This document shows, piece after piece, positions 30,394-40,376 of a stretch of 64,000 nt of DNA; positions within the stretch are counted from its first letter, which is position 1, and each line of letters opens with the position of its first letter. The DNA comes from Promethearchaeota archaeon (GTDB lineage: Archaea > Asgardarchaeota > Lokiarchaeia > Sigyniarchaeales > SOKP01), in contig JAEOTZ010000004.1 of NCBI GenBank assembly GCA_016839585.1, forward strand, positions 1 to 64,000, read 5' to 3'. Below the pieces are notes generated by a model that made no database searches, was not told where the DNA came from, and saw only the letters and a program-made list of their open reading frames with translations. A program made the position numbers and the translations under genes.

Positions 30394-31898
30394 AGTTATT
30401 TAATATTTGGACTATTACTAAGAAAAATTTGAATCAAATGAAACGTGATGTCCGAATGATTGGATTATCAATTTTTGCTCCAATTTTGGTTACAGCTCTA
30501 TTTGGTTCTGTTTTTGGTGGGGATATAACTAATATTAAAGTAATAGTAATAAATAATGATAATAATTTTGAAGATAATATTTCAACCCAAATTTCAGATG
30601 TAGTAGCTTTAGATCCTAAAATTCAATACAACATTACATTTGATCCGAATATTGCTCGTGTTGCTGTAAATAATAATTATTCCCAAGCAGCAATTATTTT
30701 TCCAAGCTTATTTACAGAAAATTTATTACTTGGGAAAGAAACACAAATTGAGTTATATGTAAGTTATGAAAATCCAGACCTTGCAGAATATATCATTTCT
30801 CTCTTTCAAATAAGTTATACTCAAGTATTAGAAACTTATACTGGAGGATCTAATTTTTCAGTTTTAATATTTCCTGTTCATGAAGGAATTCCTGGCCCAC
30901 TTCCAGAATTTATTAATGTTTCTCTTTGTAACAATGATATCGGTTGGACTAAAGGGAAGTTATCAGATGAAATTCTTAAGATTTTAGATGAGAATGGAAA
31001 ATTAAAGCTAATATTTTCGAATGACCTAAACCATTCAGAAACTTTAGTGGAAAAAGGGGAAATCCGTGCTATTTTAATATTTTCTGAGAATTTTACATAC
31101 GAGATGCTAACAAAAAAGGAAATTAATCTTCAAGTTAAATTAGATGGTGCTGAACCACAATCGTGCTTAGTAATTATGAGTTTATTAACTTCTTCTCTTG
31201 TTGAAGCTTTTTCAGATGAATTTGATAAATCTATGTTTAATATAAATGAATATTATTTCAATAATCCTGACAGCACCGAAAAACCCATAAAATCAATAAC
31301 CTATTTTACTCCAGCTATTTTATGCTTTATTGTATTCTTTTTCTCGTTTCTATTAACAATGTTAGCTTTTTTAAGGGAACGAAATCAAGGAACCATGGAA
31401 CGTATACTTACTTCACCATTAACAAGAGGGGAAATTATTCTGGGATATATTTTATCTCATAGTATTCTTTCAATTGTTCAAGCAACTTCTGTTATTCTCA
31501 CAACATTTTTGATTTTTGGAGCGCAAATCGAATATACAGTTCTTTCTCTTATTCAAGCTTATTTAATCATTTATTTAGTAGTTATAGGGGCACTAGGAAT
31601 AGGGATATTTCTTTCAACTTTAGCTAAAACGGAGTTTCAAATATTACAATTTATTCCTCTGGTTATCATCCCTTTTATGTTACTCTCAGGAGTATGGGCA
31701 CCAATTGAAACCTTGCCCGATTGGCTACAGCCAATCTCTCAGTTTATTCCTTTAACATATGCTAATCAAGCAATGAGAGATATTCTCTTAAGAAAAGAAA
31801 GTTTTTTAGATGTGCCAATTGCACTAATCATTTTATTAACATTCGCAGTGATGATGATTGCATTAGGAATAATAAAACTCGATAAAAAACTCAAATAA
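30390..31898 (+). CDS. ABC-2 exporter permease with duplicated extracellular domain
   Basis: RERNQGTMERILTSP, LSGVWAPIETLPDWLQ, PLTYA; two NND...IIF..FT repeats. Confidence 0.88.
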   Translation: MKLFNIWTITKKNLNQMKRDVRMIGLSIFAPILVTALFGSVFGGDITNIKVIVINNDNNFEDNISTQISDVVALDPKIQYNITFDPNIARVAVNNNYSQAAIIFPSLFTENLLLGKETQIELYVSYENPDLAEYIISLFQISYTQVLETYTGGSNFSVLIFPVHEGIPGPLPEFINVSLCNNDIGWTKGKLSDEILKILDENGKLKLIFSNDLNHSETLVEKGEIRAILIFSENFTYEMLTKKEINLQVKLDGAEPQSCLVIMSLLTSSLVEAFSDEFDKSMFNINEYYFNNPDSTEKPIKSITYFTPAILCFIVFFFSFLLTMLAFLRERNQGTMERILTSPLTRGEIILGYILSHSILSIVQATSVILTTFLIFGAQIEYTVLSLIQAYLIIYLVVIGALGIGIFLSTLAKTEFQILQFIPLVIIPFMLLSGVWAPIETLPDWLQPISQFIPLTYANQAMRDILLRKESFLDVPIALIILLTFAVMMIALGIIKLDKKLK

Positions 31899-32020
31899 AT
31901 TAAAGAATTTTTTTTATTTTTTATTTATTATTAGTCAACCAAATATTTAGATTAAGAAAATAATAACCTCATAGAACTAAGTAATTTAAATAATAGAAAA
32001 ATTAAAAGGATGTTCTTAAT

Positions 32021-33277
32021 TTATTTGGGAAATAATTTCACCAAGACTTTTGCTCCTTCCTTTAAACCTTCTTGATAAGGAGGGATTTCTACTATTCCAT
32101 CTGATTTAGTCAAAGAACTTAAAACTCCTGATCCCTTCAGCTTTATAGGAAAAGCAATATATTCATTGTTAATTTTTTCTATCTTCACTCTGAGATGATG
32201 AATATATCCCATACTTGAAACTGGGACATCATTTTTAAGAGTTGCAAAAATTTCTGTTCTAGGATCAAGTTTCAAACACCCTAACATTTTTCTAATAGTA
32301 ATTCCTACAAATTTTAAGAAACCTATATAAGCGGCAACCGGAGTACCAGGTAAACAAAAAATTACTGTTTTATCTTTATATCCTATTAAAATTGGAGAAC
32401 CTGGTCGCATTGCAACTCCATGTATTAGTATTGTGGCGCTTTCTTGCATAATTTCAGGTAATAAATCTTTACTTCCAACAGAAGTACCCCCAGTAAAAAC
32501 AACTATGTCTGAATCCTTGACAGAATTAAGTAAAAATTCTTTAATTTTTTCTTTATCATCTTTTAAAGTTGATTCTCTAATTACAGTGCCACCATACATC
32601 TTAACCAAATTTGAAATCATAGGAGTGTTAGAATTATAAATTTTATTAGGTTCCAATGGATTTCCAAGTTCTATCAATTCATCTCCCGTAGCATAAACAC
32701 TCACTTTAGGACGCGCTCTTACTTTTATTTTAGTAAATCCTAATGAGCTTAATAAGGCAATATGTTCTGCTTTTAATTGAATTCCTTTATTAAGAATTTT
32801 TTTACCTTTTGGAATATCTTCTCCTTTTTTTGAAATATTTTTACCTGGAACAAGTGATGTGTATAGAGTTATAATATCATCTTTTATGTCAGTATCTTCA
32901 ATTTTAATTACTGTGTCTGCACCTTTAGGAATCGCAGCTCCAGTAGAAATTCGTATTGCTTCTCCCTCATCTATTTCTAGGTCAGAAAAACCTCCAACTT
33001 CAACTTTTCCTACTAATTTAACTGTTTTGGGATTTTTAAGTGAAGCTTCAAAAGTATCTGTTGCTTTTAATGCATATCCATCCATAGCAGCCCTTTCAAA
33101 TGGGGGAATATCAATATTACTAACAATATCCTCAGCTAATATTCTATTTAAAGCAATTGCGGTTTGAATTTCTTCAATAGAAGTAAAATTAATGTGAGAA
33201 TCTAATTTCTTAATAGCATCCTCTAACGAGGTTAATTTTGAAAAACCAATCTTTCTCAATCTCTCCAATCGAATCAC
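32021..33277 (-). CDS. moeA: molybdopterin molybdo/tungstotransferase MoeA
   Basis: AAMDGYA, ISTGA, TGDEL, TGGTSVG, LPGTP. Confidence 0.92.
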   Translation of the reverse strand: MIRLERLRKIGFSKLTSLEDAIKKLDSHINFTSIEEIQTAIALNRILAEDIVSNIDIPPFERAAMDGYALKATDTFEASLKNPKTVKLVGKVEVGGFSDLEIDEGEAIRISTGAAIPKGADTVIKIEDTDIKDDIITLYTSLVPGKNISKKGEDIPKGKKILNKGIQLKAEHIALLSSLGFTKIKVRARPKVSVYATGDELIELGNPLEPNKIYNSNTPMISNLVKMYGGTVIRESTLKDDKEKIKEFLLNSVKDSDIVVFTGGTSVGSKDLLPEIMQESATILIHGVAMRPGSPILIGYKDKTVIFCLPGTPVAAYIGFLKFVGITIRKMLGCLKLDPRTEIFATLKNDVPVSSMGYIHHLRVKIEKINNEYIAFPIKLKGSGVLSSLTKSDGIVEIPPYQEGLKEGAKVLVKLFPK

Positions 33278-33810
33278 TCTTCTTTCTTGATAAGATAAGT
33301 TATATGCCCTAACTCTGGAAGAATCAATTTATTTAAAGCTAATTTCACAGCATTTGGAGAACCAGGTAGAAGAAAAATAATTTTACCCAATAAAGTACCG
33401 GCAATAGCTCTTGATAACATTGCAGAAGATCCTATTTCCTTAAATGATAAGTACCTAAATAGCTCTCCAAAACCATCAATTTCTTTTTCTAATAAAGGTG
33501 TAACCGTCTCATTGGTAATATCTTTAGATGTTAAGCCAGTACCTCCGCTAAATATTACAGAATCAATTGAAGGATCTTTAACTAATTTATTTAATATAAA
33601 ATTGATATGATCCTTAGAATCTGGTATTATTTCAGAAAAATTTAATGAAATTGCCATATTTTCATTTAGGATTTGTTTTACTAAAGGAATTGTTTTATCA
33701 GAACTGGTTTTATTCTTTTGAATTTCATTATATCGACTTGTACTTACCACAATTAGTGCTATATTAATTTTTTTAGGAGCTTCTTTTTTATACTCTTCAT
33801 GAACTTTCAT
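33274..33810 (-). CDS. moaB: molybdopterin adenylyltransferase MoaB/Mog
   Basis: GGTGLTSKDIT, GFGELFR, LSRA, LPGSP. Confidence 0.9.
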   Translation of the reverse strand: MKVHEEYKKEAPKKINIALIVVSTSRYNEIQKNKTSSDKTIPLVKQILNENMAISLNFSEIIPDSKDHINFILNKLVKDPSIDSVIFSGGTGLTSKDITNETVTPLLEKEIDGFGELFRYLSFKEIGSSAMLSRAIAGTLLGKIIFLLPGSPNAVKLALNKLILPELGHITYLIKKEE

Positions 33811-33833
33811 AGTCTTGTACTCATTATTTTTAA

Positions 33834-35060
33834 TTAAAAGAAATATATGCTTCTTTTATCTCCTTTTTCTATAATTGATTCTAATTCTTCAATTTCAATA
33901 TACCCATCAGCATTAAATATTGTACTTATTGCCTCTGAACCTGTTTTAATCGGAAAAATCTTTTTAATTCCATTAATCTCTCTTATTTTAACAGTCTTAA
34001 ATTCATGCCTTCCAACTGTACTATATATCCTCTCTCCAACTTCGAATTCTTTTGATTCTTTTTCTTTTAATGGATATCCTGACATCCTTCTAAGAAAGTT
34101 TTCGATTAAAACATAAAAACAACTTAAAGCTGATGTTGGATAACCAGGTAATATAATTAAGATTTTCTGACCCAATTTTGCAAATATTAAAGGCTTTCCA
34201 GGCTTAATCCTAACTCCATGTACAAGAATATCAACATTTTGGTAAGTTTCAAGGACTTGTGGACCTAGGTCGCCTTCTCCCTTAGAAGTCCCTCCTGAAA
34301 GAATTACTATATCACTCTCTTTTAGTGATTTATCAATAATACTTTTGAGATCTTCAAAATTATCTTTAATAATTCCTAAGAATTTTACTTTAGCTCCTGT
34401 ATTTTCGATTGCCTTCTTTAATACAATTGAATTTACGTCATATATCTTTCCAATTTCAAGTTTTTGTGTCTTATGAGTTAAGAGTTCATTTCCGGTACTG
34501 ATTAGACTTATGATAGGTTTTCTATACACTGATATTTGACTTATTCCACATGAGGATATCAATCCCAATGTAGGTAGATCGATTAAACTACCTTTTTCGC
34601 AAATGGTATCTCCTTTTTTTACATCATGTCCAATATTAATTACATGAGTCCCTGGAGTAATTGCTTTTGAGATAGTAACCTTATCTCCCTCTCTTTCTGT
34701 AAATTCAACCATGACTACCCCATTGGCATTATCAGGAATAGCGGCGCCTGTTGCTACATAAGAACATTGCCCTTTTTCAATTTTTTTTAGAGGGCTATCC
34801 CCAGCACTAATTATCTCAATAAGATTGAGAGTTATTAAATTATCTTCTTCGGCACCAAAAGTATCTTCAGAAATTACAGCATATCCATCCATTCTTGACT
34901 TTCTAAAATGAGGAACATTAATAGCACTTTTTATGTCTCTATAAACAACTCTATTGAAGCCTTCTTCAAGAGGTATAATTTCTTCTTCAGAAACTATTTT
35001 TGGAATTGAATTAAGTAATTTCTTAAATTCCTCCACTTGAATTGCCTTTAAGAATTTCAT
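33834..35060 (-). CDS. moeA: second MoeA paralogue
   Basis: SRMDGYA, VATGA, STGNEL, SGGTSKG, KPGKP, LPGYP. Confidence 0.92.
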   Translation of the reverse strand: MKFLKAIQVEEFKKLLNSIPKIVSEEEIIPLEEGFNRVVYRDIKSAINVPHFRKSRMDGYAVISEDTFGAEEDNLITLNLIEIISAGDSPLKKIEKGQCSYVATGAAIPDNANGVVMVEFTEREGDKVTISKAITPGTHVINIGHDVKKGDTICEKGSLIDLPTLGLISSCGISQISVYRKPIISLISTGNELLTHKTQKLEIGKIYDVNSIVLKKAIENTGAKVKFLGIIKDNFEDLKSIIDKSLKESDIVILSGGTSKGEGDLGPQVLETYQNVDILVHGVRIKPGKPLIFAKLGQKILIILPGYPTSALSCFYVLIENFLRRMSGYPLKEKESKEFEVGERIYSTVGRHEFKTVKIREINGIKKIFPIKTGSEAISTIFNADGYIEIEELESIIEKGDKRSIYFF

Positions 35061-35096
35061 AATTAGTCCTAAATTTTATTATTTATCTTAAAAATG

Positions 35097-35540
35097 TTAA
35101 TGGATCCATTTAGAGGTTCCATCAATAAAATCTTCTCGTTTCCACACTGCTATTTTTTTTTTATACAAATCAACTGCGTTTTTTATAGCATCAAAACCTT
35201 CTTCTCTATGAGCTGATCCCACAACAACGTAAACCAAGTCATCAGAAAGGCTGAAATCACCTTTAAAATGAACAATTTTTACGTCTATAATTCCATTTTT
35301 TTTCTTTAGACTTTCACAAATATCGTCTATAGTTATATTTGCCATATCATCAAAAGAATCAATTTTCATGCTTTTAACTTGTTTACCTTCCTTAGAGCTC
35401 TCTCTCACAATTCCAGTAAAAACATGAATAGACCCTACATTTTTTATTTTAGGATTATTTTTTACAGATTTAATAATTTCGTCTAAAGTAATTTCTCCTT
35501 TATTATAAATACCAGATCGTAATTCTTTAGTCTCATTCAT
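35097..35540 (-). CDS. moaE: molybdopterin synthase catalytic subunit
   Basis: FTGIVR, SAHREEGF, VWKRE. Confidence 0.9.
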   Translation of the reverse strand: MNETKELRSGIYNKGEITLDEIIKSVKNNPKIKNVGSIHVFTGIVRESSKEGKQVKSMKIDSFDDMANITIDDICESLKKKNGIIDVKIVHFKGDFSLSDDLVYVVVGSAHREEGFDAIKNAVDLYKKKIAVWKREDFIDGTSKWIH

Positions 35541-35546
35541 GATATA

Positions 35547-35837
35547 TCACCCCCCTGATACTGGTAATAAAAGAGCAATTTTATCTCCCTCATTTAAAAA
35601 TATGGATAAAACATCTTGACCATGGATAGGCTTATTATTTACAATTACTGATATGTTATTACTTAAAGATTCATTCTTCTTATCCAATAATAACTCTAGC
35701 ATAGGATCATATTTTTTAATGAGTAAATCAATTAATTCCTTCAAATTTTTGCTTGATAAATCGAACTTTTCAGTATCTTTTTTTGTAATATCCTTAAATT
35801 CTGCAAAATATAGTACTTCTACTAACAAATTATACAC
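35547..35837 (-). CDS. moaD: MoaD/SAMP ubiquitin-like sulfur carrier
   Basis: YFA, GDKIALL, C-terminal VSGG. Confidence 0.9.
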   Translation of the reverse strand: MYNLLVEVLYFAEFKDITKKDTEKFDLSSKNLKELIDLLIKKYDPMLELLLDKKNESLSNNISVIVNNKPIHGQDVLSIFLNEGDKIALLLPVSGG

Positions 35838-35864
35838 TTTATTTTAAATCAATAAAAATCTTTT

Positions 35865-36785
35865 TTAATAATAAGGTTCTCTTGAATCAACTACCTCTTT
35901 TACAATTGATTCATATTTTGATAATGAATAGTGATTTCGTAACACTTCTTTAATATTTTTCCCGAGATCTGAACGATATAAACAACCAAAAAGGTTTCCA
36001 TCACATCCAACTCGTAGTTTAGTACATCCCATACAAAAATCGTGGCTAGGAGAAATAGTCTCAACAACAGCAGAATTAGGCATAATGAATACTTTTCTGT
36101 TTTGCATATTTCCTCTAATGATTGTTTTTACTGCTTTAGATTCAAATTCTTCTATAAGAGGTTTAACATCATAATGATACTTTTCATAAAACTCACCGTT
36201 CCCTCCTAATGCATCAGAAACTTTATGCAATTCAATTAATTGTAAAACAAATCCATTTATTGCACAGAATTCAATCATATTTTCCAGTTCATTATCATTA
36301 ATCCCTTTTAAAATAACAAAATTTAATTTTATGGGATTAAATCCAATTTGTTTAGTTTTCTTTAAACCTTTAAGAACCTTCCCTAAAGAATCCAATCCAT
36401 ATATTCTCTTATATACTTCAGGCTTAAGTGAACTTAATGAAACATTAATTCTATTTAAACCAGCATTGAATAATTCCTCAGCCATTTCATACAAATAATA
36501 CCCATTTGTAGTCAAAGAAATATCTTTATAGAGGTTCAAATCCGCTACATTCCTTATAATTTGTACTATCTCTTCTCGACATAAGGGTTCTCCCCCAGTG
36601 AATTTGATTCTTGTTACCTTTAAGATTTCGGCTAATATTTTACATAATTTAGTAATTTCTTCTACAGCTAATTCTGATGTTTTTGGAGTAAAACCTTCTT
36701 GATCACAATAAATACATTTAAAGTTACATTTAGAAGTTATTGAAAATCTGATGTGCTTAATTTCTCTATTATTCTTATCTTTCAT
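35865..36785 (-). CDS. moaA: GTP 3',8-cyclase (radical SAM)
   Basis: CNFKCIYC, FTGGEP, FCMGC..LRV...G.L.GCL. Confidence 0.92.
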   Translation of the reverse strand: MKDKNNREIKHIRFSITSKCNFKCIYCDQEGFTPKTSELAVEEITKLCKILAEILKVTRIKFTGGEPLCREEIVQIIRNVADLNLYKDISLTTNGYYLYEMAEELFNAGLNRINVSLSSLKPEVYKRIYGLDSLGKVLKGLKKTKQIGFNPIKLNFVILKGINDNELENMIEFCAINGFVLQLIELHKVSDALGGNGEFYEKYHYDVKPLIEEFESKAVKTIIRGNMQNRKVFIMPNSAVVETISPSHDFCMGCTKLRVGCDGNLFGCLYRSDLGKNIKEVLRNHYSLSKYESIVKEVVDSREPYY

Positions 36786-36796
36786 TTTAAATGGAT

Positions 36797-37228
36797 TTAC
36801 ATCTGTTTAATCTTTTTTTCAACTTTTATATCAGAAATTAGGGTGGATGGATATTGTCCGTTCTCATCTTTTTCATACATTTTAACAACATCCCAGATAT
36901 TCAATAAAGCAGCGCTTACTCCTGTTAAAGCTTCCATCTCAACACCAGTCTTGGCTATACTCTTTACTACACATGTAACTTTAATAAATATATTTTCTTC
37001 AAAGTCAAAATCTATGCTAACATTGTTTATTGGGATTGGATGGCAAAACGGAATCAAATCCGGTACTTTTTTAACAGCATTGATAGCAGAGACTTTTGCT
37101 ATTGTAAGAATGTCTCCTTTTTCGATTTTTTTAGTTTTAATTCTATCTATCGTTTCTTTTTTAAGCTTTATTTTTCCAGACGCCCTAGCAATCCTAGGAA
37201 TTGTATCTTTTTTAGATATATCGATCAT
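36797..37228 (-). CDS. moaC: cyclic pyranopterin monophosphate synthase
   Basis: MIDISKK, LIPFCHP, TGVEMEAL, WDVVK. Confidence 0.93.
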   Translation of the reverse strand: MIDISKKDTIPRIARASGKIKLKKETIDRIKTKKIEKGDILTIAKVSAINAVKKVPDLIPFCHPIPINNVSIDFDFEENIFIKVTCVVKSIAKTGVEMEALTGVSAALLNIWDVVKMYEKDENGQYPSTLISDIKVEKKIKQM

Positions 37229-37252
37229 TTTAGTTAAAACTCTTAAAATTTT

Positions 37253-37276
37253 CGTTTTAGCTTCCTATACATATCG
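37253..37276. promoter_or_regulatory. degenerate ModE-box-like operator upstream of moaC
   Basis: CGTTTTAGCTTCCTATACATATCG: same 24-bp CG...CG frame and identical ATACATATCG half-site as the tupA operator. Confidence 0.6.
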
Positions 37277-37312
37277 ACAATTTATTTAAATTGAAATTTC
37301 TTAAAAACTTAA

Positions 37313-38413
37313 TCATAATATTTTAACATCTGTTGCTTTAAAATTAATAAATATCTCAGAATTTATTGCTAATTCTAAATTATTTAATGATAGTTTTGTT
37401 ATTGTCGCTAAAAATCTTTCAGATTGACAATTAATTATGAGATGACAAGTATTTCCAAGATCTCGGATGTCTTCAATATTTCCTTTGAAATTATTGCGAT
37501 AGCTAACATTACTAGGAGGATTTTTAGAGATTCCTATACTTTCTGGGCGAATACATACTTTTACTTCTCCTTCTACTTGCTCGGAAGCGACAATAGTTAA
37601 ATTATTTATTTTAATAATCGTTAATCCTGATTTTAGGTCCATTTCTGCAGTTCCAGATAATATATTTTCATATCCTACAAAAAGGGCAGTAAATTCATCT
37701 TTCGGTGCTGTAAAAATCTCATTAGGAGTTCCTAATTGAGTTATTTGTCCATTATTAAGTACAGCTATCCGATCTCCGAATTTAATAGCTTCAAGAGGAT
37801 CATGAGTGCTCATAATAATAGTTTTTTCCTTATCTTGCTTTATTTTGGTAATAAAATCATCTAATAATTTAACATTCATAGGATCTAAGTTGGCTGAAAC
37901 CTCATCTAATAGATAAAGATCAGGAGAAAAAACAAAGTTCATAGCTATCGCTACACGTTGCATTTCTCCTCCTGATAATGATCTGGCATTTTTTTTCTCC
38001 AATCCTTTTAAATCAACAAGTTTAATAATATCATTAACATCATTGATATATTCCTCCCATTTCATACCACGAACTCTTAATCCATAAGCTATATTATTAA
38101 AAACAGAAGTATTTCGCACTATAGGCTTTTGTCTCACAAATGAGAATTTTCTTCTATATTGGACCTTTTTATATCTTGAAATATTGCATAAATCTTCATT
38201 ATAATATAATATTTGACCTTTTGTTGGAGGTTCAAGTAAGCCTAGAATTCTTAATAGAGTTGTTTTACCACTTCCATTTGGACCGATTATAACGAAACAT
38301 TCCCCTTTATTAATCGAAAAATTGATCCCAGATAACACATTAATACTTGATTTGTCTTCCTTATAGTATTCCTTATAGAGGTTACTTACTTTAAGTAAAT
38401 TCATGTTAACCAC
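37313..38413 (-). CDS. tupC: tungstate ABC transporter ATPase with TOBE domains
   Basis: GPNGSGKT, LSGGE, LLDE, C-terminal SYRNNF.G...FKAT TOBE. Confidence 0.85.
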   Translation of the reverse strand: MVNMNLLKVSNLYKEYYKEDKSSINVLSGINFSINKGECFVIIGPNGSGKTTLLRILGLLEPPTKGQILYYNEDLCNISRYKKVQYRRKFSFVRQKPIVRNTSVFNNIAYGLRVRGMKWEEYINDVNDIIKLVDLKGLEKKNARSLSGGEMQRVAIAMNFVFSPDLYLLDEVSANLDPMNVKLLDDFITKIKQDKEKTIIMSTHDPLEAIKFGDRIAVLNNGQITQLGTPNEIFTAPKDEFTALFVGYENILSGTAEMDLKSGLTIIKINNLTIVASEQVEGEVKVCIRPESIGISKNPPSNVSYRNNFKGNIEDIRDLGNTCHLIINCQSERFLATITKLSLNNLELAINSEIFINFKATDVKIL

Positions 38414-39101
38414 CTCTAGCTTGTAATCGTGTTAATCCGTAATTTACTATAAAAGCTATTGAAATGAGGAGCACACCTAAAGCAATAGCCATTCCGAATT
38501 CTCCCATTCGTGTATTAAGTACTATTGATGTTGTAAAAGTTCGGGTTTCCCAACGAATATTTCCTCCAACGATCATTACAGCCCCTACTTCTGAAATAGC
38601 TTGACCAAATGCAACAAGAAAGCCCGCTATTATAGATTTTTTAGAATCTTTGATTAATTCCCACCATAATTGACGTTCACTAGCTCCTAAAGAAAGGATA
38701 GTCTCCTTTAACGTTGGATCTACACTTTCTATCGCTGCCTTTGCAGTACCAGTTATTATAGGAACTGCAAGAAAAAATTGGGCAAATATCATTGCTGATG
38801 TCGAATAAAGTAAGCCTAATGAACCTAAGGGACCACTTCGAGATAATAATAAATATATAATTAATCCCATTACCACAGGAGGAAATCCCATAAAAGTGTT
38901 AATCAAATTCGACAGGGTTTTTTTTCCACGAAACTCACGTAGACCTATAAAAGAACCAATTGGTAAAGCTACTAGAGCAGCAAGAAAAGTTGATGTTAAT
39001 GAAACTCTAAAAGATACCTCTATAATCCCCCATAATTCGCGATCAAAAGTAAATAACAAACGAATCGCTTCTAATATTCCATCTATGATATCATTCGACA
39101 T
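38406..39101 (-). CDS. tupB: tungstate ABC transporter permease
   Basis: PPVVMGL, LSRSGPLG, ISEVGAVMIVGGNI, TRTFTT. Confidence 0.9.
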   Translation of the reverse strand: MSNDIIDGILEAIRLLFTFDRELWGIIEVSFRVSLTSTFLAALVALPIGSFIGLREFRGKKTLSNLINTFMGFPPVVMGLIIYLLLSRSGPLGSLGLLYSTSAMIFAQFFLAVPIITGTAKAAIESVDPTLKETILSLGASERQLWWELIKDSKKSIIAGFLVAFGQAISEVGAVMIVGGNIRWETRTFTTSIVLNTRMGEFGMAIALGVLLISIAFIVNYGLTRLQARGG

Positions 39102-39199
39102 ATTAAAACTGAATAGTGTTCAATTTATTTAGTTTGATATAATTAAAAAAAATTATAAATTTGATAATTTATTCGACTAAAAGTATTATTAAACAATAT

Positions 39200-40216
39200 C
39201 TATATAGAAAGCCCTGCAAATTCACTATGATAAGGCCTCCAAATTACTATTTCATCATCCGTAGTTGAGCAATCATGGGTTTCATTACATGTTCCAAAGC
39301 AAGCGTGGAATAAAACAGCATTATTTTTTCTATATGCATCTATTAATGCTTGACCATAAGGTGATGTGATAAAACCAACAAAGCGACAGGCAGATACAAA
39401 CTTGATATGAGGATGTAAAACAGGATTAACAGGTATCACGCCATAAGGATTTAATAATATATCCTCTCCCTTAACAGATTTAGCCAAAATATTCAATATA
39501 GTATACGTATCATTAAAAGTAAGCCAAGTTCCTCTATCTACTAGCGTATATCCTCTGTTATTGGCATCATTATATGTAATTAGTAATGTATCTCCCATAC
39601 CTGCCCCTACATCTTTATAATAATCCGTACCAGCAGTAGTAGGATCCCATGCAATTAGTGACCATAAACTTAATTCCTTGGAATGGGTTCCTGAATTATC
39701 TCCCCTTGAGTAAAAAGTTGTGTTATGACCCTCTGTCATCCCTAATTTCAATTTTGTCATTACTGTAGTTATGTTATCACCAAGTTGTAAATTTGCTGGA
39801 TTTGAAGAATGACCTACTATTAGAAAGTCATTATACATTACGCAAGCACGATGAATTCCATAAGGTATTTGACCTCCACTATCATTTACAAAAGCATCTT
39901 CTCTTGATCTTGAATGCACAAGAATAACATCAGCATCACCACGTTGCCCATAAGCTATTGCTTGACCAGTTCCTACTGATAATACTCTAATTTTTATACC
40001 TGTTTGTTCAGTGAATTTTGGAAGTAAATAATCCAATAAACCTGAATCATAGGTGGAAGTTGTTGTTGCTAAAGTAATTCTCTTCGGATCTTGAGCTCTT
40101 AATATGTCAATTACAAAATATGATCCAACTGAACCACCAGCTATGATTATAAGTGCTAATATAATAGCTGTTTTATGCTCCCTTAAGACTTCTTTAAATG
40201 GTTTTCTAGATGACAT
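39200..40216 (-). CDS. tupA: tungstate-binding protein
   Basis: LATTTSTYDSGLL (TTTS signature), GTGQA, SRGDNSGTH, DRGT, NPYGVI. Confidence 0.92.
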   Translation of the reverse strand: MSSRKPFKEVLREHKTAIILALIIIAGGSVGSYFVIDILRAQDPKRITLATTTSTYDSGLLDYLLPKFTEQTGIKIRVLSVGTGQAIAYGQRGDADVILVHSRSREDAFVNDSGGQIPYGIHRACVMYNDFLIVGHSSNPANLQLGDNITTVMTKLKLGMTEGHNTTFYSRGDNSGTHSKELSLWSLIAWDPTTAGTDYYKDVGAGMGDTLLITYNDANNRGYTLVDRGTWLTFNDTYTILNILAKSVKGEDILLNPYGVIPVNPVLHPHIKFVSACRFVGFITSPYGQALIDAYRKNNAVLFHACFGTCNETHDCSTTDDEIVIWRPYHSEFAGLSI

Positions 40217-40246
40217 CTTTTTTTTTCAGGTTTTTTGTTAGATTAT

Positions 40247-40270
40247 CGATATGTATAACAATACATATCG
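40247..40270. promoter_or_regulatory. perfect palindromic ModE-box-like operator upstream of tupA
   Basis: CGATATGTAT-AACA-ATACATATCG, abutting a minus-strand TTTATA box. Confidence 0.75.
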
Positions 40271-40301
40271 GATATAAATTTCTAAATTTTCAATCCTTAA
40301 T

Positions 40302-40333
40302 AAAGTCTTACTTACAAAAATGAGGATTTAAAA
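40302..40333. repeat. 32-bp direct repeat, copy 1
   Basis: AAAGTCTTACTTACAAAAATGAGGATTTAAAA. Confidence 0.8.
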
Positions 40334-40376
40334 AAACACTTAAAATAAAAAAAAATTAGTTTTAAAATTAATTTAA

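Noticed and set aside
32021-35060. Two moeA paralogues
   Set aside because: Normal in archaea with W/Mo enzymes.
35865-35900. MoaA lacks the C-terminal GG of bacterial MoaA
   Set aside because: A REPY-type ending is ordinary for archaeal MoaA.
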